A stretch of 64,000 bases of DNA from the human T2T-CHM13v2.0 reference genome, Homo sapiens, in assembly GCF_009914755.1 (NCBI RefSeq), contig NC_060932.1; one strand, given 5' to 3'. A program made the translations under genes and the position numbers. How positions within the stretch are numbered: the first letter of the stretch is position 1; each line of letters begins with the position of its first letter. Below are positions 11,379-23,789 of the stretch, piece after piece. Below the pieces are notes generated by a model that ran no database searches, was not told where the DNA came from, and was given only the letters and a program-made list of their open reading frames with translations.

Positions 11379-13685
11379 GCCAGGGTTTGGGGATGAGGAC
11401 AGCGTGTCGCAGGAGGAGCCAGGGATTGGGGATGAGGACAGCAGGTCGCAGGAAGAGCCAGGATTTGGGGTATAAGGACAGCAGGTCGCAGGAGGAGCCA
11501 GGGTTGGGGATGAGGACAGCAGGTCGCAGGAAGAGCCAGGGTTTGGGGATGAGAACAGCATGTCGCAGGAGGAGCCAGGGTTTCGGGATGAGGACAGCAG
11601 GTCCCAGGAGGAGCCAGGGTTGGGGTATAAGGACAGCAGGTCGCAGGAGGAGCCAGGGTTTGGGGATGAGGACAGCAGGTCGCAGGAGGAGCCAGGGATG
11701 GGGTATAAGGACAGCAGGTCGCAGGAGGAGCCAGGGTTGGGGTATAAGGACAGCAGGTCGCAGGAGGAGCCAGGGTTGGGGTATAAGGACAGCAGGTCGC
11801 AGGAGGAGCTAGGGTTTGGGGATGATGACAGCATGTCGCAGGAGGAGCCAGGGTTTGGGGATGAGGACAGCAGGTCGCAGGGGGAGCCAGGGTTTGGGGA
11901 TGAGGACAGCAGGTCGCAGGAGGAGCCAGGGTTGGGGTATAAGGACAGCAGGTCGCAGGAGGAGCCAGGGTTTGGGGATGAGGACAGCAGGTCGCAGGAA
12001 GAGCCAGGGTTTGGGGATGAGGACAGTGTGTCGCAGGAGGAGCCAGGGTTTGGGGATGAGGACCGCAGGTCGCAGGAGGAGCCAGGGTTTGGGGATGAGG
12101 ACCGCAGGTCGCAGGAGGAGCCAGGGTTTGGGGATGAGGACAGCAGGTCACAGGAGGAGCCAGGGATTAGGGATGAGGACAGCAGGTCGCAGGAGGAGCC
12201 AGGGTTTGGGGATGAGGACAGCAGGTCACAGGAGGAGCCAGGGATTAGGGATGAGGACAGCAGGTCACAGGAGGAGCCAGGGTTTGGGGATGAGGACAGC
12301 AGGTCGCAGGAGGAGCCAGGGATTAGGGATGAGGACAGCAGGTCACAGGAGGAGCCAGGGTTTGGGGATGAGGACAGCAGGTCGCAGTAGGAGCCAGGGT
12401 TTGGGGATGAGGACAGCAGGTGGCAGGAGGAGCCAGGGATTGGGGATGAGGACAGCATGTCGCAGGAGGAGCCAGGGTGGGGGTAGAGGGACAGCAGGTC
12501 GCAGGAGGAGCCAGGGTTGGGGTATAAGGACAGCAGATCACAGGAGGAGCCAGGGTTTGGGGATGAGGACAGCAGGTCGCAGAAGGAGCCAGGGTTTGGG
12601 GATGAGGACAGCAGGTCACAGGAGGAGCCAGGGTTTGGGGATGAGGACAGCAGGTCGCAGGAGGAGCCAGGGTTTGGGGATGAGGACAGCAGGTCGCAGG
12701 AGGAGCCCGGGATGGGGTATAAGGACAGCGTGTCGCAGGAGAAGCCAGGGTTTGGGGATGAGGACAGCAGGTCGCAGGAGGAGCCAGGGATTGGGGATGA
12801 GGACAGTGTGTCGCAGGAGGAGCCAGGCTTTGGGGATGAGGACAGCAGGTCGCAGGAGGAGCCAGGGTTGGGGTATAAGGACAGCAGGTCGCAGGAGGAG
12901 CCAGGGTTTGGGGATGAGGACAGCATGTCGCAGGAGGAGCCAGGGATTGGGGATGAGGACAGCATGTCGCAGGAGGAGCCAGGGATTGGGGATGAGGACA
13001 GCAGGTCGCAGGAGGAGCCAGGGTTTGGGGATGAGGACAGCAGGTCGCAGGAGGAGCCAGGGTTGGGGTATAAGGACAGCAGGTCGCAGGAGAAGCCAGG
13101 GTTTGGGGATGAGGACAGCATGTCGCAGGAGGAGCCAGGGTTTGGGGATGAGGACAGCAGGTCGCAGGAGGAGCCAGGGTTTGGGGATGAGGACAGCAGG
13201 TCACAGGAGGAGCCAGGGTTTGGGGATGAGGACAGCATGTCGCAGGAGGAGCCAGGGTTTGAGGATGAGGACAGCAGGTCGCAGGAGGAGCCAGGGTTTA
13301 GGGATGAGGACAGCAGGGTGCAGGAGGAGCCAGGGTTGGGGATGAGGACAGCATGTCGCAGGAGGAGCCAGGGATGGGGTATAAGGACAGCAGGTTGCAG
13401 GAGGAGCCAGGGTTTGGGGATGAGGACAGCAGGTCGCAGGAGGAGCCAGGGATTGGGGATGAGGACAGCAGGTCGCAGGAGGAGCCAGCGTTGGGGGATG
13501 AGGACAGCAGGTCGCAGGAGGAGCCAGGGTTTGGGGATGAGGACAGCAGGTCGCAGGAGGAGCCAGGGTTTGGGGATGAGGACAGCAGGTCGCAGGAGGA
13601 GCCAGGGTTTGGGGATGAGGACAGCAGATCACAGGAGGAGCCAGGGTTTGGGTATGGGGACAGCGTGTCGCCGGAGGAGCCAGGG
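11379..13685. repeat. 39-bp minisatellite (VNTR), ~59 copies, consensus GGAGGAGCCAGGGTTTGGGGATGAGGACAGCAGGTCGCA
   Basis: Directly visible tandem array. The unit is a multiple of 3 and gives periodic ORFs such as (SQEEPGFGDEDSR)n and (LSSSPNPGSSCDL)n. Confidence 0.98.
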
Positions 13686-15224
13686 GGCGTGGGTATTAGG
13701 ATGGCATGTCGCAGGGGCCCTGGAAGTGGGCTGTGCAGTGGGCCCAGTGGCTGCTCTGGCAGTGCCTGTCAGTGCCATCTAGAGGGAGTCCCCCCAGCCC
13801 AGGCATCATTCACTTCTGACGCCACTGGCCAGGCCTGTCTCATTCTTGAGGCCTGGTCTCTTGGGGCCTGGTGGGCTGAGTGCAGAGAGGACCTTCTACA
13901 TCACCTGCACTGCCCACAGTTCTCACGCTTAGTAGGCAAGCAGTCGGCACTGCTGGCGGGCTCGCCTCCCTGTCCAAGGGGGAATCCCTGAACCCACGGC
14001 AAGGACGCTTTCTGCTGGGCTTCCTCCAGGGAGTCACATGCCAGGAGGCTGCATGCCCTGATGCCAGGAGGATTTTTCCAGTGATTAAAAATGTGTCCCT
14101 GCCGAGTGGCCTCATTTTTTATTTTAAACAACCATGGCCCCAGGGATTGGGCCTGGGCCTCGTGGAGGCCTTCTTTAGAGAAGAAAGCAATTAGAAGATG
14201 AATTAAAAACAAATTAATCTTTGTCTTCTTCCACTTGGAAGGGAATCCCGTGACAGCGGGGAGGCCAAGCGCTCGGGCCTGGGAAGCCAGTGTCACCCCT
14301 CAGGGCCGGGATGGCTGGAGGTGCCCATCGCTGGACTTGCTGGCTGGGGCTGGAGCAAATGCCAGGCTTATGTGGGGTGGGGACATGTGCCTGTGGAGGA
14401 GACCGCCCTGTGTGGAATGGGACTCACACTGAGCATGCCCACGTCGCGTGCTTTACATTTCTTACTTGGTGATGAAGGCTTTATCCTGTCTATCTTGCAA
14501 AGGAAAGAAACTAAAGCTGAACTTGGCTCACATATTGACTCTGTCAACATCCTAGCTCTCATACTAGTTAGACCAGGAATACCCCTGGCTAGAAGGTGAG
14601 GCCAATGCAGAAATGAGGCCTGGTGCCCTTCTGCCTGCTGTGGGGAGGCCGGGGGCAGGGGATGGGGATGCAGACACAGGGAGGCAAACGGGGTACGAGG
14701 GAAGCACCTCGTGGGTTCAGCTGATAAAATGTTTACTGAGCCAGGCTCCCTGAAGGAGGGGTTGCCCCAGGGCAGGAGGACCTGTGCCACGAAGGCAGGG
14801 GCAAGAAAACCTTGTGTCAGAAGGTGAAGGCGGTTGGGGCAGGCTGAGGAAGCTTTCCTAGCTTCAGTGTGTGGAGGTAGTGGCAGAGAAAAGGCTGGAC
14901 AGGTAGCGAAACCGGGTTATGCTACAAATCAGCCAAGTAAGTTATGGGAATCGCTCCAAGTCCCAGGTGGTGAGGCTGAGGCGGGTTTCTGACGCCAAAG
15001 CCTGTGTTGCCTCCCCATCCTCCAGCGGACCCTAGCCAAGCACCTGTGGAGCCAGGTGGAGACTGTGGAAGGGCAGGGGCAGCCCTGGCCTCCCTGGCAC
15101 TGAACCCAAGACACTGCATGAGTGAGAGGTGCCTCTGTTCTCTTTCTGGTCCGCCTCAGCATGCGCAGTGGTAGAGGTGTTGATGGCAACTGGTGAGTGG
15201 GCCGGGTGCTGCTTCAGCTCCACC

Positions 15225-15345
15225 CACAGCCCTCTGAGTTAGAAGCTATGACTGTCCCCATTTCACAGATGAGGAAACCGAGGGTCAGAGAAGTTAGCAA
15301 CTTGCCCAGGCTGCATAGGGAATGGCAGAGCTGGAGTCTGAACCT
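15225..15345 (-). mobile_element. MIR SINE
   Basis: ccccatttcacagatgaggaaaccgagggtcagagaagttagcaacttgcccagg is the MIR core, reverse complement. Confidence 0.85.
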
Positions 15346-15419
15346 AGCAGGGGTGCTTCTGAACTCAGTCCCCTGGGAAAGGGAAGGCAAAGCCGGAAGG
15401 GGCGGGGAGGAATACCTGC

Positions 15420-15545
15420 CGCTCACTGAGTGTTTATCATCTTCCTGGCACTGCACTAGGCTCTTTACATACATGGTCCCCTGGAATCCTTGCCTCTGCC
15501 CTCTGAGATGAGTACTATTGCCATGAGGAAGGTGAGAGGCAGAGG
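15420..15545 (-). mobile_element. MIR fragment
   Basis: cactgagtgttta...ggcactgcactaggctctttacatacat...aatcct...ccctctgagatgagtactatt. Confidence 0.6.
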
Positions 15546-16164
15546 AGGAGGCACCTTGGCCAGGCTGAAAGGTCAAGGCTGGTGTCCTGGGCTGTGCCAC
15601 GTGGGCGGTGCTGAAATGCCAGGACTGCTGGGAATTCAAAGGCCCGGAAAGATATGGAGAGGACAGACTCGGCTTCTTGATCTAGGGCTACAGCGGTTCC
15701 TCTGCAGAGGAACGAGCCTGGCGATTTTTCAGACGAGGCTGAGACAGATGAGCGCTGTTCTAAACAAAGCCAAGGAGCATTCTGAAAGGCAGCCTCCTCT
15801 GGGAAACACGAACTGCAGACACGGGGGCCGGGCTCCCCTGGGGGGACACAAACTCTAGATCCAGCTGCCACCCAGTGCTCCCAGGAGGGCTGGCACCCGC
15901 TCCTGCCCTCCCCCAGTCAGTCCTGCCAGGTGTGGAGGCAAGGTAGCCCTGGAGGCCAGATGTGGGGAGGGCCCAGGGCAGCGCAGCCTGCCGGCAGCCA
16001 GCACCATCACTGTCTCCAAGACAGACTCCCAGACCAGTGCCCACCCAGCTGTCCATGAAGCCGTCCCTGGGGGCTGGATGGACTCAACTCCCAGCCCTGT
16101 CTCTCCAAGCCCAGGCCCCTGCACCAGCACACGCCCGTCATGTCTGACCCCCCGTGCTCATCTC

Positions 16165-16260
16165 AGCATGAAGCATGCACATGCATGTGTGCGTTTGTGC
16201 ACAGTGTGCTGTGTGTTGTGAGTGTGTGAGTGTATGTGGGTGTGGAGCGTAGTGTATATG
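16165..16260. repeat. Degenerate (TG)n tract
   Basis: Alternating tg/ca run. Confidence 0.6.
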
Positions 16261-16822
16261 ACCTACTCCAGTGGCTTGGGGGCTGCAGCGAGGCCAGGTC
16301 TGTGTGGCTCTGTGAGTAGGGGAAGGAGGGTGGACGTGGACCCTTCGCTCTCCATCCTTGGAATACCAGATTCAGACAGCAAAGAACAGGGAAGGAAAGC
16401 AATGGGGGCTTTCCCCCCATTGCTGAAGGAAAGCAGACAGACAGCTTGGAGAGGGCCCACCCTGGGGAGTGGGAACTGGGGCCAAGATGCGCTCTGCTTG
16501 GCCCCTCCCTCCCAGGGTGGCCTGTCTCAGGCGGACAGAAAGTGACCGCACGCTCAGAACATCATCCAAAGGGCATCCAGCAACTTGGCAAAGTAGCGAA
16601 GGTTCTCTCCTTGACCAAACTCTCAGACTCCCTGAGCTCTTTCTCAATGAGGCCTTAACTTGTACATTTCCTCATTCATTTCTGCACTGTCCTTTTGTGA
16701 GAATCCTACGAAGTCGGTTTATCCAGACTCCACGTCTGATCACCCTCCGTATCTGACAGGGCTCCTCGCCTTCCACCAGCCCTCAGGTGACATCTGATCA
16801 CCCCAGCCTGTCTCAGAAGTGT

Positions 16823-17069
16823 AAGGCAAGGAGGAGCAAGTCACTTCTTACGTGGATGGCGACAGGCAAAAAGAGAGCACTTGTACAGAGAAACCCCCAT
16901 TTTTAAAACCATTAGATCTTGTGAGACCCACTCACTATGATGAGAACAGCACGGGAAAGACCTTACCCCATAAGTCAACCATCTCCCACCAGGCCCCTCC
17001 CACAACACATGGGAATTACCGGAGCTACAAAATGAGATTTGGGTGGGGACACAGAGCCAAACCATATCA
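16823..17069 (-). mobile_element. THE1 (probably THE1C) MaLR LTR, partial
   Basis: Ends in gagatttgggtggggacacagagccaaaccatatca, the reverse complement of the THE1/MST LTR start. aaggcaaggaggagcaagtcac is THE1C-like. Confidence 0.9.
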
Positions 17070-18466
17070 GATGGGGTGGGTAGCTTGGGTCTTTCTGCCT
17101 TGGTGAATCTCCTACAGTCTCTGCACTTCCTGACTTGGTTGCTTAGCCTCTTGCAATCCACCAAGGTGCAGTACAGGCCTCCCTGGGCCAACAGCACTGC
17201 TTCCAAGGTAAGAACAGGGTTTTTGAAGGCAACTTGGAAATGAATGCCTTTCTGTTGTCTACTTACTTCACAGGGAGGCAATGTCAGGTCCCTGAACCAC
17301 GTCCTGGGCAGGGGATGAGGTGCCTGTGCTGGGGGACCTGTTGGTAAAGGCTGGGGGAGAAACAGAGACCAACTGGGCCCAGACACACCATTTATAGGGT
17401 GCAGGGCAAGAGCACAGGTGTGGACCCACCTGCCACATTAGATCGACGTCTGAATCTTCAGAAGTTACCAATCAAGCTCACAGCCGGACATGAAGCTTGT
17501 TTAATCCTCCTGGCAAATTTACCTTTGTAGCGACCAAGAAGGCCGAGTTAAAATGTAGACTTCCCGGGCCCCTTAGAGTTCTGGGCGGGAAAGTGATGAT
17601 GCGGTGTGCGCCAGTTCCCTGCTCCCAGCCCTGGTGCTGGCTTGCCCACCTCCTCCTCCCAACCCCACACCCTGCCTGGTACTATGACCCCGCATTCTGA
17701 CCACAGACCTGGGACCCAACCCCTCAGCACAGCTCCGCCAGGTGTCATGCTCGTGGCGTGCTGTCAACACAGCAAACTTGATGACCTTGCCCCATCCTCC
17801 ACTTCCTGGCTCCAGGTGCTGGGTCACCCCCCTCAGGGACGGCCCACTGGACAGTGGCCCAAGCCCTGAACCCAGGCCCGCCCCGTTCTGCTGTCCTGTC
17901 ACGGGGCAGGACCACTCTCTAGGCCTGACGCCACACCCTGCGTATTTCTCAACTCCAAGCCCTCCCACACCACGCCTGGCTGCCTGCACGTGTGCATCTG
18001 CTTCTTCTGCTTGTCTCCCCTGACTCCCCCTTGTTTATGCTCTGGTGCTCAGTTCAGAAGAAGATTCTTGACAGAGAGAAACAGATTGTTTCTTTTACAC
18101 TTGTACAGGCAAAGCCGTGCCTGGATCTATAGGTGTCCCTCTATAACCCGGCCCTGTCTGGGCTCCCAGGCCCAAGGATGCTCTGCTCCTTCCTGGGACC
18201 CAGGACAGCCCTCTGAGCCACCCAGCCCTGCAGCCCGAGTGAGGGCCTGCCACATGCTCATTGGAGGAGTGGGAGAAGGCCAGCTTTCAGCAGCCTGCAT
18301 TTGGGCTGAGGAAGACCCCTGGAGTACCTCTAACGCAAGCAGAGCGGCCCACTGCAAAAGTGTCCTGAAGTGCTGCTTCTGAGAACCCAAAGAATGATGT
18401 GTAATTAGCATATTAAGAACTAGTATGCAAATCACGGTGCTTTAAAACAGTCTGTTCTCTTAAATA

Positions 18467-18809
18467 CAGTCACGCACAGCTTAACACTGCGGATAGGTTC
18501 TGAGAAATGCGTCATTAGGCGATTTGTCCTAGTGTGAACATCACAGAGGGCACTCACACGAGCCTGGAGGTCAAGCCTCTACACACCGAGGCCGTGTGGT
18601 GGAGCCCATTGCTTCTAGGCTATAAACCTGTACAGCGTGTGACTGTACTGAACGCTGTAGACAACGGCAACACAATGGTAAGTATTTGTGTATTACCCAA
18701 ACATCTAGACACAGAAAAGGTATGGTAAAAATAAGGAATTATAATCTCACGGGATCACCGTCACACATGCGGTCCACCACTGACTGAAATGGCATGTGGT
18801 GCACGACTG
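18467..18809. mobile_element. Tigger3a/MER7A-like non-autonomous DNA transposon, complete
   Basis: TA|cagtcacgcac ... gtgcacgactg|TA gives TIRs with TA TSDs. Internal ttctgagaaatgcgtcattaggcgattt and ctaggctataaacctgtacagc are typical of the family. Confidence 0.85.
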
Positions 18810-19584
18810 TAATTTAATCCTCTCCACTGCCCTCTTCTCCCCTAGAGTATACATGTGCCCAGGAAACAGATGGCCAAGGTGCGGAGGGCACCTGGGAAGG
18901 GAGAGCCCCAAGCAGCTGTCTCAGGTCTCAGCTGCGGGACCTTCAGCCTCTCATTCTGCCTCTGAGTTGCCCACCACGCACCCAGAAAGGAACATGAGGA
19001 CCAAGTTCCCAGTCTCAGTTGCCTGGTGATGGGAGGTGGAGCAGCGCAGTCCAGGGCAGCCACTGCACATGCCCTGCACCGGGTCTGAGAATGAGGCTGC
19101 AGCTGCAGCCGGGGCAGGGCCAGTGCTCACCCTGGCTTCCTGGAAGTGGGGTACGGGTCTCTGCTATGGACTGGCTGAAGCCTTCTTCATTCTGTGATTG
19201 AACAGGAATAATTCCCCCAGAGGGCCTTAATTTAGCACTAACCAGGTGCTAGATACAGCAATAGGCATTTTCCAAGCGACTCATTTTTGTCTTCCTAATA
19301 ACTCTGGAAGCCAGGCTTTATAGAGGAAAAAGAACAAGGCGCTGAGAGGGTAAGCCATTTGGTTAAAACCACAGAGGAGTGTGGGGATTAAAACGTGGCT
19401 CTGGCGAATATAAAGCTCATGATCTTTCACTATGACTACAGGAAGGCCTCGCCTTTGGAATGAATGAAAAAGACCCATGGATTTATCTAGAAAACTAATT
19501 CCTTATTGAGTCATGGGGAACTTTGAAAATCTGATGGAAGCTACAGCCCCTCTCCCGTGGGGACATGTTAGTCCCCTCCCTCCC

Positions 19585-20570
19585 TCCCTCCTTCACTCAT
19601 AGCAAATATTCACTGAGCAGTCACCACGTGCTAGGCACTGTGCCAGGTTCTACAAACAAAACAACGCCCATGGCTTCCAGTCTCTTCCTTCTGGTAGAAG
19701 AAACCAGAAAACAAACAAGCACACATGCACATAAACACACACACACACACACACGTGCACACATGTGCACACAGGCACATGCACACACATGCACGCACGC
19801 GTGCACACACACGTCGATCATTCAGGTGCTGGTAAGCGGGGACAGGATAAAGGGAGCTGGAGGCTGCCACGTGGGTCAGGGGAGACGAGGAGTGGCTCAG
19901 ACCAGGTCGAAGCTGTACAAGCTAAGAAGTGGTCAGGTCAGGCCATGTTCCAGCAGGCCAGTGATGGAGCAGGCATAGTGTGGAAGGGGTCAGGTGTTGG
20001 GCCTCAGCAGCCAGAAGAACTGCCCGTTGACAACTGGGGACACCGAGGAGGACTAGGACTCGGGAGGTTAGCAGTATCGAGCATTTGATCTTGGCCTTGT
20101 GAAGGTGGAAGTGCTCATTAGATACACGGTAGGTCTGCCGATGGGGGGTTGTGACCCCAGGGAGAACGGTGTCTCAGAAGCCAAGTGAAGAAGGGCCTTG
20201 GGAGGAGGGAGCTATCAGTGATGGCAAGTACGGTGAGGGCACAGGTGTGGGGACTGTGTTGGCATGGAGGCCACAGTGACACATCCACTGTCTGGATGGA
20301 GTGGTGGGAGCTGCAGCCTGGGGTGGGTGTGCTCGAGAGAGCTAGGGGAGAAGGAGAGGAGGAATGAGCAGAGGTGGCACCTTGGAGTCCGTGTGGCTGT
20401 AGCAGGGGCAGTGAAATGGGGTGGCTGCAGGAGGACGTGGATCACAGGAGATGGTGGCATTTTGTGATAGGAGATGCCACAACATCTTTGCTGAAGAACC
20501 TGAAGCAGTCCAGAAAGAAAGACCAGGGAGCAGGGCAGGGCTGCAAAGCTGTGTCCCAGAGGGATCACCT
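19585..20570 (-). mobile_element. L2 LINE remnant, interrupted by a (CA)n-like tract at 19720-19812
   Basis: cactcatagcaaatattcactgagc...gtgctaggcactgtgc is the L2 3' end on the - strand, followed by decayed purine-rich L2-like body. Confidence 0.55.
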
Positions 20571-23224
20571 ATGAAGCCATGGAAAGGCCATCAACCATCA
20601 TCCAGGACATGCTTAAAATGCAGGCACAATAATTCATTCCCCTCTAGTGCCGGCAGAATGGCTTTCCCAGCACTGAGTGAGACACGGGTTCAGCTGAGGT
20701 GGTTCTGCCCCCTGTGGCCTGTCTTACTGTGGCCTCAGTTCACTTTTCAGAGCATGCCTGTGTTCACAAGGACACACCAGGCTCCACACTTAATGACCGG
20801 AAACCCCAAGTTGGAGGCGTCCCTGTCCTGGTGTGTACGTAGGGCATGTGTAGGAAGACAGCTGGATCTGGATCAGTGAGGCGACCGGCTAGAGGAGGTG
20901 ACCCCTACCCCTGAGCTGCCCACTCCCCACCACGGTCCGGTGCATCCAGTCTGCAGATGTGTTGGGGAAAGAAGCATACAAGGAGTGAAGAAGACACTGA
21001 AACGTGGCAGCAAGTACTCGGTTCTCGTCCCAGAACCGCACTCCTGTCTCTCTGCAATACTTATCTAGACACTCTGCCTTCTCTCCTACCATCGTCTCCA
21101 TCATCCCAGGGCACAGTAGGTCTTCAGGCCACATAAGACAATTCATTCTAAAGGAGACACTCCGTCACCTTCTTGCCAGTCTCTCCAAGCCAACGCTTGG
21201 GTTCCTGCATGAGGATCCACTGAACACCTGCTCAGGCTGGAACGAGCACCCACAGATGCACCCAAGGGTGGGGCTGCTGCCTGGTCCCCCCAAACACACT
21301 CTCTCCAGTTGGTTCGTTTGTTCTCCATCCCATCGCTCAGAGGCGGACCTCACCACAGGACCTGGGTAACTGCCCAAGTTCTGGTAGGAGAAGGGAGGAA
21401 AAGCCAGGCTGAGGTCAAGAAGACCCCACTGAATGGGATTCCTAAAGCTCCCCCAGCTACAGGGTCACTGACGCCCTCGAGGGACAGCACTATTGTGTGG
21501 ACATGTGTGGGTTTGCGTTTTCCTAGACAAATAGTCCAAAGCTTTCATCCAATCATCAAAATGCTCTGAGGCTCCAGAAGGTTAGTAGCCAATATCTTAA
21601 AGGACAGGGTGGCCGTGGGTGGGAGGAGAGATGAGGGCAAGAGGATTAGAGTTAAGGGAAGAACAGTTTAGAAATAGGCAAGGAAGGGAGGGCTTTTCTT
21701 GGTTTCAGGTCAGAACCCCCATCAAGGGGCTGGGCAGGTGAAGTGGTGGCAGGCTCCGGAGGCCCTTGATGAAGGACAGGGGCTGGGATTCCCAGAAGGC
21801 TGCCAGAGGACCCTGTGTGGGGTACGGAGGTGAGGGTCTGGGGGCAGAGGCAGGAACAACCATAGGAGTGGACACACAGATGTGTGCTCTTGAAATGCCA
21901 AGCCTGTGCCAGTCTGCCTCCGAGGTATAACCCAGGAGAGCTCTTTCCCACAACTGAATTTGGATCACCCAGCCTGGCACAGGGCACACTTCATCCCCAG
22001 CCGGGGTCTGTGCCAGGGCGGTGAGCTGGCGGCACACGTAGGTAGGCTTCTCCCCCATCTGACCTCACGCTGCTGGGGCTGCCTTGAAGGGCGCAGGTGT
22101 GGCCCTGAAGCTTTATCTCTCAAAGGGCTACCAGCACAAACATCATCACTGTGTAATTTCCATAGATGCAACAGCTAAAGTGCAAAGTAATCCAACAGTG
22201 AAATGTTTTGCTTTCTTTATTCCAAGGCCTCAGGGAACCTGTCAAATCCCCTTGGCCCCAAACACTAGGGCGCAGAGATGGAAAGAAAGAGGAGTTCTGA
22301 CAGCCTCAGGCTCCCTCACCAGCTCTGCCAGCCCTGACGGGATGCGTGTCCTTGGGCGTGTCTGCCACCTGCTCAGGCTCAGCCCATCTGTAAAAGGAGG
22401 GGGCAGGCCAGGGAGTGTCTCTGCTCCCGTACTGGGGTCTGGCCATCCACAGTTGGCTCCACACCCCTGTGGCCCCTCATGCTGCAGTAATGCCCCCAGG
22501 CTGGGCCTGGCCTCCCTGTGCCCATCATGATCCTCCTACCTCAACAGTTGGCACAGTGGCTGTGCTCTGGGAGCCTCTCTCCCCAGGTTGCCTCTAAAAT
22601 GTCACAACTGATTCCCCAAATGCAAGTTGTGGCTCTGTCTAAGTCCTTCAATAAATATGTACTGACTTCTGCACCAGGGGCTCTGGAATCAGACCTGTGT
22701 TCAGATCAGGACCTGGGAGTGCACACGCGGCCCCAGGTGCTCCTCCTCATTGATAACGACCTAACCGGCATCACGTGGGGACTCAGCAGCCCTTCCATGC
22801 AAGGTGCTCAACACACAGTTTCTATCATTAAGGTCCCCGCTCCTGAGGTCACTCACTGGAGGGAGACAACAGATCGGTCTCAGGCTCAGCCCTCTGCCCA
22901 CAAGAGCTCCCCGCCTGGCTCCTCCTAAGAACACTTTCTTCAAGGCCCAAGCCAACGGAATGTCACATCCTTTGGGAATCATCCCTGTTCTCCTGAGGGA
23001 ATTGCTGTCTTGTGCGTCCCGCAGACCTGTGGCTACAGCACTTATCATATGCTCTCTTGCGTCCTCACCTGCATGTCTGTGCCCACCACATGACTGTGAG
23101 CCCCTGGAGTGCGGCCCTGGCACAGGGCCCGGCTGGCAGTTGCTGGACCATGCCCCCTGGACTGTGCCCCCTGCTATGCCTGCTGAGGACGCCAACGAGG
23201 ACCCTGATGATGACAAGGCCACGT

Positions 23225-23420
23225 GTCAGCTACCACATGGCTCCAGGTGCTTTACACATCATCTGATTTAGTGGAGACCTGGCGAGGCAGGAATTACTAT
23301 TTCTTATATAACAAATAAGGCATCCTCTGAGAGGCGTAGGGACTAGCCCACATCACACAGCTAGACAGGGTACAGCACAGATGTGAGCCAAGTCTGTGCG
23401 CCTCCAAAGCCTTGCTTTTC
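23225..23420 (-). mobile_element. MIR SINE
   Basis: ggtgctttacacatcatctgattta...ctctgagaggcgtagggactagcccacatcacacagctag...gagccaagtctgt. Confidence 0.7.
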
Positions 23421-23789
23421 CCACTCTGCCTGTGTTTTCTGAAGTGAGCTAAGTTCATCAACACGGGTAGAAAATGCAAACTGCTACCAGAGAAGGAGGA
23501 TCCGTTTCTTCTGACACCAACAGGATGGCTGTCCCACAGAGCATCCCATCCTCACGAGGGCAGCATCCCGTCCTCACGAGGGCTCCGTCCCAGACAAAGT
23601 GGGAGGGAGTGAAAGGCCTCCAATGCTGGGTGAGACGGATCCAGGAGGAACATGCTGGCAGGTGCATGTGGGGGTGGAAGGGGGAGGGAGAGAAGATTCC
23701 AGATGGAGGGAACAGATGAACCAAGGTGCAGAGGTAGAGGCTTGGGCTTGAGCTGCACCAAGTAGCCCCTCTGGCCAGGCCCAGATTCT

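Noticed and set aside
11379-13685. CRISPR-like periodic array
   Set aside because: The units are head-to-tail with no unique spacers, there are no cas genes, and the context is primate DNA.
11100-13991. Long ORFs (712, 509, 421 aa and others) on both strands
   Set aside because: They are translations of a stop-free 39-bp VNTR. Several frames are open at once, 38- and 40-bp units cause frameshifts, and there is no domain or supported gene structure.
23541-23584. Small tandem duplications (22 bp here; 16 bp near 33594-33624; 13 bp near 49867-49897)
   Set aside because: Ordinary slippage-scale duplications that are uninformative individually.
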